A stretch of 64,000 nt of DNA from Eledone cirrhosa (GCA_964016885.1 OZ024742.1:13206001-13270000), one strand, 5' to 3'; counted from the stretch's first letter, positions 16,453-29,245 are shown. Numbers and translations: made by a program. Notes: a model not told the origin generated them from the sequence alone.

Positions 16453-17332
16453 GTTTGAAATAATAAAGTCAAGTGCCGTTAACTTTTGAGCTCACGAACG
16501 TGAGATATAAAAGAAGGAATTTTATTAAGCATCCAAACCATATCTCTATATTCTGCACCATATACACCATGTTTCCTGAAATGTAATTTGATAGCATAAC
16601 ATAAAAGAAAAATCAATTTAATACTCAGATTATATGTTTTTTTGTTCAACATCGTCTGAAATTCAGATAATTCAGAATTTAGTTCAAATAAAATATTAAT
16701 ATTATTACTGTTTTTTTGTTATTGTTGTTTGGAAAACGCAATATATTAATAATATCGTGGCCAAAATTTCATATCATAAATGTTTACTAATTTCGAATAT
16801 GGATCTGATATTTGTAGCTTTGGCTCCTAAAACTGTTGAATTGCTTTCAATTTAGATTTAGTTGAAAGAAACTACATTGCGTTGTTTCACTTCTAGTATT
16901 AAACCGATTCAGTCATGCGTTGTAGAGATAGCAAATCTAGAATTTAGGAGCCAGTTAACAAATCAATATATGATGATGGCGGCGGCGGGGAGGTAATATA
17001 GCTAAATAGTTATCTAAAAGCCAAAGGTCTTTCTGAAGGCTATAAGTTTATTTTGATAAAAAGCAAAATATCAAATTATATTTCCAACTAGGAGATAATA
17101 AAATGGGGAAAAGCATTTAATCCATTTTTTCACTTTATAGATGTATAAGATGGCGGACACTCATTGTTCCAGTAGAACCGTTTAATGGATTTGAAACGCT
17201 ACAACAGCATTTTTTATGTTTATTCAAATGGTAAACCACTTGATTTGTCTGGGGGAATGAAACAAGTATTCTTTGAGATATTTTATAGAATCTAACAAGA
17301 AGACCCTTTTGAAGTCATTCTGATTTAACATT

Positions 17333-19905
17333 TCAGTACCACCACTTAGTCTGGGGCAGTGGTATTACAGTGTACACAACATTTCAATATCACCACTTAG
17401 TCTGGGGCAGTAGTATTACAGTGTACACAACACTTCAGTACCATTACTCTCAGACAGTGGTACTACAGTGTACACTACACTCCAGTACCACCACTTACTC
17501 TCAGACAGTGGTACTACAGTGTACACTACACTCCAGTACCACCACTTACTCTCAGACAGTGGTACTACAGTGTACACTACACTCCAGTACCACCACTTAC
17601 TCTCAGACAGTGGTACTACAGTGTACACTACACTCCAGTACCACCACTTACTCTCAGACAGTGGTACTACAGTGTACACTACACTCCAGTACCACCACTT
17701 ACTCTCAGACAGTGGTACTACAGTGTACACTACACTCCAGTATCATTCCTTACTCTCAGACAGTGGTATTACAGTGTACACTACACTTCAGTACCACCAC
17801 TTACTCTCAGACAGTGGTACTACAGTGTACATTACACTTCAGTACCACCACTTACTCTCAGACAGTGGTATTACAGTGTACATTACACTTCAGTACCACC
17901 ACTTACTCTCAGACAGTGGTACTACAGTGTACATTACACTTCAGTACCACCACTTACTCTCAGACAGTGGTATTACAGTGTACATTACACTTCAGTACCA
18001 CCACTTACTCTCAGACAGTGGTACTACAGTGTACATTACACTTCAGTACCACCACTTACTCTCAGACAGTGGTATTACAGTGTACATTACACTTCAGTAC
18101 CACCACTTACTCTCAGACAGTGGTACTACAGTGTACATTACACTTCAGTACCACCACTTACTCTCAGAAAGTGGTATTACAGTGTACATTACACTTCAGT
18201 ACCACCACTTACTCTCAGACAGTGGTACTACAGTGTACATTACACTTCAGTACCACCACTTACTCTCAGACAGTGGTATTACAGTGTACATTATACTTCA
18301 GTACCACCACTTACTCTCAGACAGTGGTACTACAGTGTACATTACACTTCAGTACCACCACTTACTCTCAGACAGTGGTACTACAGTGTACATTACACTT
18401 CAGTACCACCACTTACTCTCAGACAGTGGTATTACAGTGTACATTACACTTCAGTACCACCACTTACTCTCAGACAGTGGTACTACAGTGTACATTACAC
18501 TTCAGTACCACCACTTACTCTCAGACAGTGGTACTACAGTGTACACTACACTCCAGTACCACGACTTACTCTCAGACAGTGGTATTACAGCGTACATTAC
18601 ACTTCAGTACCACCACTTACTCTCAGAGTGTGGTATTACAGTGTACGCTACACTTCAGTACCACCACTTACTCTCAGACAGTGGTACTACAGTGTACATT
18701 ACACTTCAGTACCACCACTTACTCTCAGACAGTGGTACTACAGTGTACACTACACTCCAGTACCACCACTTACTCTCAGACAGTGGTACTACACTGTACA
18801 CTACACTTCAGTACCACCACTTACTCTCAGACAGTGGTACTACAGTGTACATTACACTTCAGTACCACCACTTACTCTCAGACAGTGGTACTACAGTGTA
18901 CACTACACTCCAGTACCACCACTTACTCTCAGACAGTGGTACTACAGTGTACACTACACTCCAGTACCACCACTTACTCTCAGACAGTGGTACTACAGTG
19001 TACACTACAGTCCAGTACCACCACTTACTCTCAGACAGTGGTACTACAGTGTACACTACACTCCAGTACCACCACTTACTCTCAGACAGTGGTACTACAG
19101 TGTACACTACACTCCAGTACCACCACTTACTCTCAGACAGTGGTACTACAGTGTACACTACACTCCAGTACCACCATTTACTCTCAGACAGTGGCACTAC
19201 AGTGTACACTACACTCCAGTACCACCACTTACTCTCAGACAGTGGTACTACAGTGTACACTACACTCCAGTACCACCACTTACTCTCAGACAGTGGTACT
19301 ACAGTGTACACTACACTCCAGTACCACCACTTACTCTCAGACAGTGGTACTACAGTGTACACTACACTCCAGTACCACCACTTACTCTCAGACAGTGGTA
19401 CTACAGTGTACACTACCCTCCAGTACCACCACTTACTCTCAGACAGTGGTACTACAGTGTACACTACACTCCAGTACCACCACTTACTCTCAGACAGTCG
19501 TACTACAGTGTACACTACACTCCAGTACCACCACTTACTCTCAGACAGTGGTACTACAGTGTACACTACACTCCAGTACCACCACTTACTCTCAGACAGT
19601 CGTACTACAGTGTACACTACACTCCAGTACCACCACTTACTCTCAGACAGTGGTACTACAGTGTACACTACACTCCAGTACCACCACTTACTCTCAGACA
19701 GTGGTACTACAGTGTACACTACACTCCAGTACCACCACTTACTCTCAGACAGTGGTACTACAGTGTACACTACACTCCAGTACCACCACTTACTCTCAGA
19801 CACTGGTACTACAGTGTACATTACACTTCAGTACCACCACTTACTCTCAGACAGTGGTACTACAGTGTACACTACACTCCAGTACCATTCCTTACTGTCA
19901 GACAG
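17333..19905. repeat. 51-bp minisatellite, about 50 units
   Basis: Unit CAGTACCACCACTTACTCTCAGACAGTGGTACTACAGTGTACACTACACTC; first two units diverged; variants clustered in blocks. Confidence 0.97.
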
Positions 19906-19909
19906 AGAA

Positions 19910-22900
19910 ATGTCCCTGAATCAGTCCTGGCCAAACAAACCTACGACCAACTGATGTCCAGCCGTGATATGTCCCTGAATCAGTCCTGGCCAAACAAATC
20001 TACGACCAACTGATGTCCAGCCGTGATATGTCCCTGAATCAGTCCTGGCCTACCAAACCTACGACCAACTGATGTCCAGCCGTGATATGTCCCTGAATCA
20101 GTCCTGGCCAAACAAATCTACGACCAACTGATGTCCAGCCGTGATATGTCCCTGAATCAGTCCTGGCCTACCAAATCTACGACCAACTGATGTCCAGCCG
20201 TGATATGTCCCTGAATCAGTCCTGGCCAAACAAACCTACGACCAACTGATGTCCAGCCGTGATATGTCCCTGAATCAGTCCTGGCCAAACAAATCTACGA
20301 CCAACTGATGTCCAGCCGTGATATGTCCCTGAATCAGTCCTGGCCAAACAAACCTACGACCAACTGATGTCCAGCCGTGATATGTCTCTGAATCAGTCCT
20401 GGCCAAACAAATCTACGACCAACTGATGTCCAGCCGTGATATGTCTCTGAATCAGTCCTGGCCAAACAAATCTACGACCAACTAATGTCCAGCCGTGATA
20501 TGTCTCTGAATCAGTCCTGGCCAAACAAATCTACGACCTACTGATGTCCAGCCGTGATATGTCCCTGAATCAGTACTGGCCTACCAAACCTACGACCAAC
20601 TGATGTCCAGCCGTGATATGTCCCTGAATCAGTCCTGGCCAAACAAATCTACGACCAACTGATGTCCAGCCGTGATATGTCCCTGAATCAGTCCTGGCCT
20701 ACCAAACCTACGACCAACTGATGTCCAGCCGTGATATGTCCCTGAATCAGTACTGGCCTACCAAACCTACGACCAACTGATGTCCAGCCGTGATATGTCC
20801 CTGAATCAGTCCTGGCCAAACAAATCTACGACCAACTGATGTCCAGCCGTGATATGTCCCTGAATCAGTCCTGGCCTACCAAACCTACGACCAACTGATG
20901 TCCAGCCGTGATATGTCCCTGAATCAGTCCTGGCCTACCAAACCTACGACCAACTGATGTCCAGCCGTGATATGTCCCTGAATCAGTCCTGGCCTACCAC
21001 AACTACGACCAACTGATGTCCAGCCGTGATATGTCCCTGAATCAGTCCTGGCCAAACAAATCTACGACCAACTGATGTCCAGCCGTGATATGTCCCTGAA
21101 TCAGTACTGGCCTACCAAACCTACGACCAACTGATGTCCAGCCGTGATATGTCCCTGAATCAGTCCTGGCCAAACAAATCTACGACCAACTGATGTCCAG
21201 CCGTGATATGTCCCTGAATCAGTCCTGGCCTACCAAACCTACGACCAACTGATGTCCAGCCGTGATATGTCCCTGAATCAGTACTGGCCTACCAAACCTA
21301 CGACCAACTGATGTCCAGCCGTGATATGTCCCTGAATCAGTCCTGGCCAAACAAATCTACGACCAACTGATGTCCAGCCGTGATATGTCCCTGAATCAGT
21401 CCTGGCCTACCAAACCTACGACCAACTGATGTCCAGCCGTGATATGTCCCTGAATCAGTACTGGCCTACCAAACCTACGACCAACTGATGTCCAGCCGTG
21501 ATATGTCCCTGAATCAGTCCTGGCCAAACAAATCTACGACCAACTGATGTCCAGCCGTGATATGTCCCTGAATCAGTCCTGGCCTACCAAACCTACGACC
21601 AACTGATGTCCAGCCGTGATATGTCCCTGAATCAGTACTGGCCTACCAAACCTACGACCAACTGATGTCCAGCCGTGATATGTCCCTGAATCAGTCCTGG
21701 CCAAACAAATCTACGACCAACTGATGTCCAGCCGTGATATGTCCCTGAATCAGTCCTGGCCTACCAAACCTACGACCAACTGATGTCCAGCCGTGATATG
21801 TCCCTGAATCAGTACTGGCCTACCAAACCTACGACCAACTGATGTCCAGCCGTGATATGTCCCTGAATCAGTCCTGGCCAAACAAATCTACGACCAACTG
21901 ATGTCCAGCCGTGATATGTCCCTGAATCAGTCCTGGCCTACCAAACCTACGACCAACTGATGTCCAGCCGTGATATGTCCCTGAATCAGTACTGGCCTAC
22001 CAAACCTACGACCAACTGATGTCCAGCCGTGATATGTCCCTGAATCAGTCCTGGCCAAACAAATCTACGACCAACTGATGTCCAGCCGTGATATGTCCCT
22101 GAATCAGTCCTGGCCTACCAAACCTACGACCAACTGATGTCCAGCCGTGATATGTCCCTGAATCAGTACTGGCCTACCAAACCTACGACCAACTGATGTC
22201 CAGCCGTGATATGTCCCTGAATCAGTCCTGGCCAAACAAATCTACGACCAACTGATGTCCAGCCGTGATATGTCCCTGAATCAGTCCTGGCCTACCAAAC
22301 CTACGACCAACTGATGTCCAGCCGTGATATGTCCCTGAATCAGTCCTGGCCAAACAAATCTACGACCAACTGATGTCCAGCCGTGATATGTCCCTGAATC
22401 AGTCCTGGCCTACCAAATCTACGACCAACTGATGTCCAGCCGTGATATGTCCCTGAATCAGTCCTGGCCAAACAAACCTACGACCAACTGATGTCCAGCC
22501 GTGATATGTCCCTGAATCAGTCCTGGCCAAACAAATCTACGACCAACTGATGTCCAGCCGTGATATGTCTCTGAATCAGTCCTGGCCAAACAAATCTACG
22601 ACCAACTAATGTCCAGCCGTGATATGTCTCTGAATCAGTCCTGGCCAAACAAATCTACGACCTACTGATGTCCAGCCGTGATATGTCCCTGAATCAGTAC
22701 TGGCCTACCAAACCTACGACCAACTGATGTCCAGCCGTGATATGTCCCTGAATCAGTCCTGGCCAAACAAATCTACGACCAACTGATGTCCAGCCGTGAT
22801 ATGTCCCTGAATCAGTCCTGGCCTACCAAACCTACGACCAACTGATGTCCAGCCGTGATATGTCCCTGAATCAGTACTGGCCTACCAAACCTACGACCAA

Positions 22901-23160
22901 CTGATGTCCAGCCGTGATATGTCCCTGAATCAGTCCTGGCCAAACAAATCTACGACCAACTGATGTCCAGCCGTGATATGTCCCTGAATCAGTCCTGGCC
23001 TACCAAACCTACGACCAACTGATGTCCAGCCGTGATATGTCCCTGAATCAGTCCTGGCCTACCAAACCTACGACCAACTGATGTCCAGCCGTGATATGTC
23101 CCTGAATCAGTCCTGGCCTACCACAACTACGACCAACTGATGTCCAGCCGTGATATGTCC
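19910..23160. repeat. 59-bp minisatellite, about 55 units, with 177-bp higher-order structure
   Basis: Unit ATGTCCCTGAATCAGTCCTGGCCAAACAAATCTACGACCAACTGATGTCCAGCCGTGAT; three variants alternate in the centre. Confidence 0.97.
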
Positions 23161-23489
23161 TTATTTCATGGAACCACACTGTCTGTATACTAGAATATAT
23201 TATCCAATACATCCTTTCTTTTGTAAAAGAACGGTTAGGGTGTAGTATATTTATAGATTTTAACCAACACTTTATATACAGATAGTTGTAAACACCTTGA
23301 ATATGTAACTCAGTCTATCTAGTTTACTGAAGTACTTAGTAACAGTAAGTTTATAAGTAGTGTCTCTGTGGACAGTTTAAGAAGCAACTCCGTTGTTGAA
23401 GTAATCACAGCACAGAATTGAAACTAATCCCTACATCAATACAGGGTATTTACATTTGATTATACCTACAGTATAGACTAAGATAAATA

Positions 23490-23530
<41 letters not shown>

Positions 23531-23535
<5 letters not shown>

Positions 23536-23670
23536 AACCAGTAAGACCCCGACAGCTGAGCTCAAGCCGTTTCGACGGCTAATTCTGGACGCTAATTCTG
23601 GACGGCTAATTCTGAGCTCAAGCCGTCGAAACGGCTTGAGCTCAGCTGTCGGGGTCTTACTGGTTCCTAT
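23531..23670. repeat. Perfect 50-bp inverted repeat with 40-bp spacer, inside a ~215-bp insert between (TA)n tracts
   Basis: 23531-23580 is the exact reverse complement of 23621-23670. Confidence 0.95.
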
Positions 23671-23746
23671 TACCCACTCTACTACCTCAAGTATTGAGTA
23701 CTTTGGTGCGTTATGGTCCACCTGGTTCCTTACCACATTTCCTTCG

Positions 23747-23820
<74 letters not shown>

Positions 23821-24610
23821 AAATGTGTGAGATCCTAGGTACAGTTGGGTATATTTGAAAAAAAGTAAAAGAATGACTTCACTTGTAGTTCTAAATAATT
23901 TGATTTAATTTTAATATTATAATATCATGAGTTGGTAGATGTAGTAAGTTCTTTGTTAACTTCGGTGGGAAGAATTTTAAAGATTCCTGGTTAACTTTCT
24001 TGGAGAACTTTCTTGCATTCATCGGTGGCGATTGTCAATCTGACTCTCCCCCCCCCCTACCACCACCACCACCACCCGCCCATCCATCCACCAGCATCCC
24101 CACCGCCACCCCGCCCCACCCCACCCCACACACAACCCAATCAGGAATATATATATATAAATAGTAAAATAAAACATTAAAATAAAACATTATCGCACCA
24201 TTGATTTGCTAAATCTTCAGTATTAATTTCTTCTCACCATTTCTAACAGTTTCAACATTTAGTCCTTTATTTTCACGCCAAAAACCAATAGCGTTGCATG
24301 TGTCGTTAACGTCTACAAATTGATAGGTTTACACTAAGTTTAGATTACCTAATCAATAAACATGATACTGTGTTTTATATTTAGTAAATAAGTTTGGAAA
24401 TTTATTAGATTTTATAGTTGAGAGTTAGCGTCTTTAAGATATGATGTTTAAGATAAGAAATGTTACATTTCTTTAGTTTCTCATGAGATGGCATCGATAC
24501 AGAAACTATCGATAGATAACTTTCTACCAATTTTAAAGAAAAGTCAGTCTTGTCATTGTTTCAGGAATTTCACCAATCAATATTTCTGAGAAGAATTATT
24601 AACGAGACCA

Positions 24611-24800
24611 AGGGCGGTGAATTGGTAGTATCGGTAGAGGGTTGGACGCCATGCTTTCTAGCATAATTACGTCCCTTTACATTCTGAGTTCAAATCCCGC
24701 CGAGGTTAACTTTGCCTTTCATCCTTACGGGGTCGATAAAATAAAGTACCAGTAATGTACTGGGTAATTGCTGGCCTTGTGCCTAAAGTAGAAACAATTA
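24611..24800 (+). mobile_element. tRNA-derived SINE (family 1), full length, 17-bp TSD
   Basis: A/B-box-like motifs; TSD AATTATTAACGAGACCA at 24594-24610 and 24796-24812. Confidence 0.93.
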
Positions 24801-24829
24801 TTAACGAGACCAGCTTACTCGTACATATT

Positions 24830-25025
24830 CAGGAAAGAATCACTAGGCAGATTTGATGGGTAAAACCAACCGATAGGAGACCCAGAGATAGAACTTGATC
24901 AAGATGGCTGGATAACCTCCATGAGTTTGGCTGGTCTCACTTGGGGATCCAGTTGCTTCTGAAGGAACCGCTAGACGGAGTGTTTGAGGACTCTTCCCCG
25001 CCCTCGCCCCCATCCCTATCAGGAA
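24830..25025 (+). mobile_element. RTE-clade LINE extreme 3' fragment (degenerate)
   Basis: Translates as KPTDRRPRDRT*SRWLDNLHEFGWSHLGIQ, matching the RTE C-terminal GRRPRGRPRTRWxD...WxxLGI motif; homologous to 46050-46273. Confidence 0.6.
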
Positions 25026-25029
25026 TATA

Positions 25030-25070
<41 letters not shown>

Positions 25071-25539
25071 TATCGATAATCGGAATTTCGGCCCACGAAA
25101 TAACGAAACACAATCTTCGAAATGCGTGGCAAAGGGCTCAATAGTTTGGATAAACCAGAGCTATAACTATCGTTTAAATACCAACACACGGAGACAATGC
25201 TTAAAATCACTCGCACAGCCGAAAAAAGCGACCAGAAAAAATCGGGTCAGACAAATAATAATATATATGAATGCAAAATCTTTACCCGCACCCGCTAGAA
25301 TGATGGTAAATTCCAGCTTCTTGGTTTCTGCGGTTCCTAAATCAGTTATCGTCAGCTTACATAAAAAATATTCGGCTTCTGGCAGAAAGATGAACGAGGA
25401 AAACCACTTTCTCAACAGGCATTTCGTTCGAATATACAGAAGAACCCGTTACTAAATCCACGTGGGGTTTAGCAAGGGAGGGAACCCCTATATTAGGCGA
25501 ATGAATTCGGCAGTGTATATATTTGTAAAAATACCAAAT

Positions 25540-25650
<111 letters not shown>

Positions 25651-25731
25651 TGTGAAGTTTAGAAGTTACCAGTTTACCAGTTTAGACATATTAGACCATG
25701 TTCAGGATGTAGAATCTCTCTCTCTCTCTCT

Positions 25732-25767
<36 letters not shown>

Positions 25768-25771
<4 letters not shown>

Positions 25772-26235
25772 ATACTTTGGGAGGGTCATGTGGCCAATAA
25801 GAAACACACGCACCAGTTGCTTTCACTTCAATTTATTATAATAAATCTATAAATTTAGGAATTTATAAATTTCCGGTTGGTTGGCTGGTTCCACAACCAG
25901 ATGATTGTTTATATATTGTCAAAGTTCTTTCGTCTTTAGTGACTGGGGATTCTTTTCTTTGTTTTTGTGCCTCTCCTTTGTTCTCTCCTACGCCATGTTG
26001 TTGAGGTGTATAACTTTGTCAATACTCTGATATGCTCATTTCCTGGTTGGGTTGTTATTTCACTGAGGAACTGGAATCATATGATTCCAGTTCCTCAGAG
26101 TATTAACAAAGTTATACACCTCAACAACATGTGTACTCGTCTCTACCACACTAACACGGACTGCCTGAAGAGATCACAGCCAAAGATGGCTGTCACCGAA
26201 ATATATATAGCAGTAAGAAGCGAAGCCAAATTTTA
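25768..26235 (+). mobile_element. Probable Penelope-like element remnant with fold-back structure, between (TA)n tracts
   Basis: Nested inverted repeats (25994-26131) directly followed by a minimal hammerhead motif; no protein homology seen, so class is inferred. Confidence 0.5.
26160..26214 (+). ncRNA. Minimal type I hammerhead ribozyme motif
   Basis: Stem I ACTGC/GCAGT; core CTGAAGA (26165-26171); stem II ACAGCC-AAAGAT-GGCTGT; GAAA (26198-26201); palindromic TATATATA in place of stem III, ending in an AUA cleavage triplet. Base of stem II is imperfect. Confidence 0.7.
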
Positions 26236-26265
26236 AACATTTGACTTATTTATTTTATTTTATTT

Positions 26266-26380
<115 letters not shown>

Positions 26381-26480
26381 GGAGTAATTATATTTTGTTA
26401 TACTTTCTAATTAAATAGCTCTGTTCTATACATAGAGCACTCTTTTTTTCCTTTGCTTTTCCTTCGGATTTACCTAACAC

Positions 26481-26524
<44 letters not shown>

Positions 26525-26538
<14 letters not shown>

Positions 26539-27702
26539 AGCTGACGGCGGTATGTATGTATCAAACGTTTCGCCAAACGGCTGGACCAAATAGCACCAAA
26601 TTTGCACCATAGATGTAACTTTTTCCAAATAAGAAAGTGAGGCTATTTTTGTATTCTAAATTTCGTTAAAAGATTAAAGATATTTTATCGTTTATTTAAA
26701 TATTCACTTCTTTAAAATTTTCAAATGTCAACACTTCCGGTTATACGACATTCCCCTCTCTTTCTTAGTCTGTCTTTTTAGATAGATACATAACTATAAC
26801 GTCTCGCCCTTATAATATGTCTCTGTATGTCTGGCTGTCTGCATTAGATACATAGCTATAACGTCGCACGATCATAATATCTGTCTGTCTTCACGAACCA
26901 AAGTATCGTCTTCCTGTTTTCCTTCGGTTGCAACGTTTTTCGAAATATTTACTTCTGCGTTCACAGATTGATTTTTTTAGTTTCAGAAGATCCCGTTAAG
27001 GGTGAAAGCAGCGATTCCTTCCTTAAACTTTAATCTGTTATTTTTATATATATATATATTTATATATATATATATATAATTATATATTCGTGTACAAATA
27101 TTTTTGCATACACAAAAACAAAATATAAACAAACGTATTTATTTCACGAAAGATCAGACGGCTTATCCAGAGGAAAAAATGTTACTAGAGCAACAGAGAA
27201 ACTAAGCTTCGCGATTACCATCAACAAAGCTCAGGGTCAAACCCTAAAAGTGGCTGGCCTTCATCTGGGAAAACCATGCTTCTCCCATGGTCAATTGTAT
27301 GTAGGATGCTCTAGGGTGAGCTCGCCAAACAATCTCTTCATCTTTGCTCCCGAGGCCGAACAAAAAATATTGTATATTCTGAGTCTCTAACAATGTAATT
27401 TATGTATTTTCTGTTACTTGAAATTTCCATTATGGTTGTACAAATTATTGTAAAGTTTGTTAAAAAAGGTGTTCTCTGTTCAGCCTTTATTGTTGTAACT
27501 ATCAATTTTCTTTAACGTACTGGCTGCTGAACTGGGGAATCCTAAAAACTATTCAAACCCAACATCAGAACACGTTACCCCCCCCCCCCCCCCGCTGACT
27601 TGAGAGGGCGTACGGTATCTTTGCACTGTGGTGGAGGGGGAAATCCTGAAAAGATAAAATGCCGGTATACCTAGCCGGGCGCCAGCCAAACGGGACAGCT
27701 AG
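26525..27702 (+). mobile_element. Non-autonomous Helitron
   Basis: 3' end CGGGACAG-CTAG followed by T, preceded by a GC-rich subterminal segment; internal Pif1 helicase remnant; 5' end merges into (TA)n (TATAAAGCTGA), so the start is approximate. Confidence 0.8.
27199..27390 (+). pseudogene. C-terminal fragment of Helitron RepHel Pif1-like helicase (motifs V/VI)
   Basis: Hand translation KLSFAITINKAQGQTLKVAGLHLGKPCFSHGQLYVGCSRVSSPNNLFIFAP, then frameshifted RTKNIVY; matches FAMTINKSQGQ / FSHGQLYVALSRV / TKNIVY motifs. Confidence 0.92.
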
Positions 27703-27917
27703 TATATATATATATATATATAAGAAATGGATAAAACAATCACAATGTACGGGACCTGGAAATTGGGGTAACCAGGTACGGGGAAACAGAAAATAACACA
27801 AACCGGGTACCATACATATTCCATACAACAGATTAATACACAACAAAAACTAATACAACAATCATATGAAAAGATAGAGAACTGCGGTCAGTTATGACGT
27901 GAACTAACAGCATTAAT

Positions 27918-28091
27918 GTTGGCACGAGGCCAGCAATTACCCAGTGTATTACTGGTACTTTATTTTATCGACCCCGTAAGGATGAAAGGCAAAGTCACCC
28001 TCGGCGGGATTTAAACTCAGACCATAAAAGGCCGTAACTCTATGCTGCAAAACATGGTGTCCGACCCTCTACTGGTATTGCCAATCCACCG
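27918..28091 (-). mobile_element. tRNA-derived SINE (family 1), lacking the last ~15 bases of the 3' end
   Basis: Reverse complement of the family-1 body and head. Confidence 0.88.
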
Positions 28092-28439
28092 TTGTTTTAC
28101 ATTCATAATAATACTAAATCTGCAGCCATTTAGGTTTTGGCCAGTTTGGAGAAAATTAATTGATCTTGAAAAGGTGTTTCATTCACTGCAGGTGTTAATT
28201 ACCTAATCCCAGCTAATCTTCTCCAGGTGCTAAGACACTTCCAGAAAGAGAAAAGTGAATGAATTGTTTCAGTGTGCAACTGGAGAGTAAGGTGATAGTA
28301 CTAAGGGTGAAGTTACTGAGGTGTTAATCAACAGAAGATGGGAGTAATAAGACAGACGGACGGACGGAATCTACTGTTATTTACTGGTCAGGTGACTGTA
28401 ATAACATTACGGAAGTGTTTATTGACACACTTATAATGA

Positions 28440-29058
28440 AGAAGGAGAGGGAAAGAGGGAGAGTTGGGGAGGGGCATCTTAGCACATATATAATAGAGAG
28501 GAATGAGGGACAGGAAGAGGGAGGGGGTTAGGTTGAGGGTGAGTGAGAGAGAGTGGGGGAGAGGGAATAGTGGGGAGGGGATAGGGAGGGGGTATTAAGG
28601 GGGAGAGGAAGGGGAGAAGAAATAGTGGCGGAAAGAAAGAGGGAGAAGGAGAGAGGGGGAGAGGGTTTCTTAGCACACATATAATAGAGAGGGTTAGGGA
28701 AAGGAATAAGCGAGAAGGAGGAGAAAGGAGTATATTAACACACATATAATAGAGAGAGGAGGAGAGAAGGGGAGAGGGAGAGAAGGGGAGAGTATATATC
28801 AGAATACACTTAATAGAGAGGAATACGCGAGAGGGAGGAGAGAGAGGAGTAAAGGGGGAGAGAGGGGGAGAAGGCGAGAGAATAGGAGAGAATGAGAGAG
28901 GGAAAGAGAGCGGGAGAGTGGGAGAGAGAGGGGAGGAGAGGGGGGAGATAGAGAGGCGGAAAGGGAGAGAGAGGGGGGAGGAGAAGGAGAGAGAGAGGAG
29001 AAGAGGGGCGTAGAGAGAGAGAGGGGGAGAGGAGAAGGAGAGAGAGGAGAAGAGGGGC

Positions 29059-29122
<64 letters not shown>

Positions 29123-29180
29123 AGAGAGGCGTAGAGAGATGAGAGAGAGAAAGAGAGAGAGAAGAAGAGAGGCGTAGAGA

Positions 29181-29241
<61 letters not shown>

Positions 29242-29245
29242 GGGT
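28440..29245. repeat. Polypurine (GA)n-rich low-complexity tract
   Basis: Directly visible; short repeated TAGCACA(C/T)ATATAATAGAGAG motif. Confidence 0.9.

Noticed and set aside
17370-20013. 849-, 828- and 461-aa ORFs
   Set aside because: The 51-bp unit is a multiple of 3 and open in several frames at once, typical of a minisatellite.
17333-23160. CRISPR-like arrays
   Set aside because: Units are contiguous with no unique spacers, no cas genes, eukaryotic context.
19910-23160. Hammerhead or other ribozyme in the 59-bp unit
   Set aside because: Has CTGATGT rather than CTGANGA and no GAAA core on either strand.
25065-25520. 109-aa and 82-aa ORFs in a segment between TA tracts
   Set aside because: No recognisable motif, TIR or second copy in the window.
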